Positions 34,722 to 35,780 of a DNA stretch of 35,780 nucleotides are shown piece by piece (within the stretch, counting starts at the first letter, position 1; the number at the start of each line of letters is the position of its first letter). Location of the stretch: IMG/VR virus record IMGVR_UViG_3300011339_000552, positions 1 to 35,780 of that record; one strand, written 5' to 3'. The notes under the pieces are model-generated. The model was not told the DNA's origin, searched no databases, and saw nothing but the letters and a program-made list of their open reading frames with translations. Origin of the DNA: a virus (Duplodnaviria; Caudoviricetes). The position numbers and the translations under genes were made by a program.

Positions 34722-34736
34722 AATTTTTAATTTTTA

Positions 34737-34744
34737 CAAAGATA
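34737..34744 (-). promoter_or_regulatory. Possible Bacteroidota-type -7 element upstream of the lysis cassette
   Basis: TATCTTTG, 15 nt before ATG 34721. Confidence 0.45.
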
Positions 34745-34781
34745 CTATTTTTCCATTTGATTAATGTACCAGTATTTCATA

Positions 34782-35653
34782 TTATTTATTTATTAATGCT
34801 TTTAATTCTTCTATTTCTGCTTTAAGTTCTTGTATTGCTTTTACCAAATGTACATTGATTCCAGATGTTAAACCACCAGTCAAACCTTTTCTTGTTTCTT
34901 CCCCTTCATTAGACATATTTTCTACTACATATTCTGGGAATATTTCTTCTACTTCTTGTGCAATAAAACCAGCTTTTGTATGTTCTTTTGTTTTTATCCA
35001 ATCAAACTCAACTGGATTAAGAGCAAGTATTTTTTCTAAAGAACCATTTATTGGTACTATGTTTTCTTTTTCTCTTACATCCGAAATTGCTGCAAATTGA
35101 ACATTTGATACACCATTACCTACAATGCCACCCATAGCAGTAGTTCCACCGCCTCCATAAAATTGTATAAATCTTGCATCACTATTTGTTGTAGCACTTC
35201 CTTTAAAACAAGCTAAAGCTGGTGCACCATCTGCAGTAGTACTTGAATTTGAAATCTCAAGTGTAGGCTGACCTCCATCATTTGAAACACCATCAATACG
35301 ATTTCTTGAACTTCCAAAAATAGTACCTTGACATTGTGCTAAAAATTTACCTCCACTATCTACTCTTACTCTTTCAAATCCACCAGTATAAATTCTAAAA
35401 AGACCATCCGACCATGCGTTTAAATCTCCAATATTACCACAACCAAAACCCATATTTACGTCACCTCTTAAAAGATAAAGTTTTAATTTATTACCGGCTT
35501 GAGTAGCACTTGCTGCGTAGCTATTATCAAGCGTTACAAAAGTTGGAGTAGTAACTTGAGACAAAGAAGTATATTGACCAACTTGTAGCCTTGCGCCGTT
35601 GTCGCTTGTATTGCCTATTAATACATTCCCGCCGGCTGGGTTTATAATTAAGT
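34782..35653 (-). CDS. Tail fibre C-terminal part with intramolecular chaperone (peptidase S74-like) domain
   Basis: Reads NLIINPAGGNVLIGNTSDNGARLQVGQYTSLSQVTTP across the join. The C-terminus has SDVREKENI..., GFIAQEVEEIFPEYV and LVKAIQELKAEIEELK, the motifs of S74 autocleaving chaperones. Confidence 0.9.
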
Positions 35654-35780
35654 TTCTACTTAATGCAGTATTAATATAAACTGCTCCGGTTGCTCCGGTT
35701 GCTCCTAAGTGTAAATTATCGCCAAATACACCATCTGTATAAGATGCGTATGTTCCACTTCTACCACCTATAAATACATC
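35654..35780. repeat. 127-bp exact direct repeat of the window start, copy 2
   Basis: Identical to 1-127 (ttctacttaatgcag...taaatacatc). Confidence 0.97.

Noticed and set aside
1-35780. Stop-codon reassignment
   Set aside because: Genes tile densely under the standard bacterial code, and TAG and TGA both serve as real stops (for example at 28253 and 32280).
1-35780. Lysogeny module, tRNA genes, DNA methyltransferase
   Set aside because: No integrase, CI-like repressor, tRNA cloverleaf or methyltransferase motif could be recognised by eye.

Overview
The window is an apparently complete, circularly assembled tailed dsDNA phage genome of 35,653 bp unique length; 1-127 is repeated exactly at 35654-35780. 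A Bacteroidota host is likely, based on TAnnTTTG promoter elements, A-rich starts without Shine-Dalgarno motifs and an SprB-like domain. No integrase or clear repressor is visible, so it is probably lytic. The minus strand carries a PrimPol-SF3 helicase, a putative origin, a sigma-like factor, a glycosylation cluster, the terminase, tail and head genes, a 1322-aa tail fibre that crosses the window ends (mostly missed by the ORF track) and the lysis cassette. The plus strand (27663-33312) carries early and DNA-metabolism genes. The most striking feature is a candidate virion mucin-type O-glycosylation system. A 1090-aa tail protein ends in three Thr tracts built from seven T(4-8)-S-T7 units, separated by Cys-containing adhesin-like domains. 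The gene immediately downstream encodes a DxD glycosyltransferase resembling plant peptidyl-Ser/Hyp O-glycosyltransferases (GT96/GT95). Two more glycosyltransferases and an LpxA-like acyltransferase lie upstream of the terminase. Other signals are a -1 frameshift tail chaperone in an unusual position, a three-copy candidate late promoter (AAGTACC-N16/17-TATHTA), an iteron/IHF-type origin, a portal with extra C-terminal domains, a unimolecular spanin and several small unannotated ORFs. All family assignments come from motif recognition by eye, not database searches.
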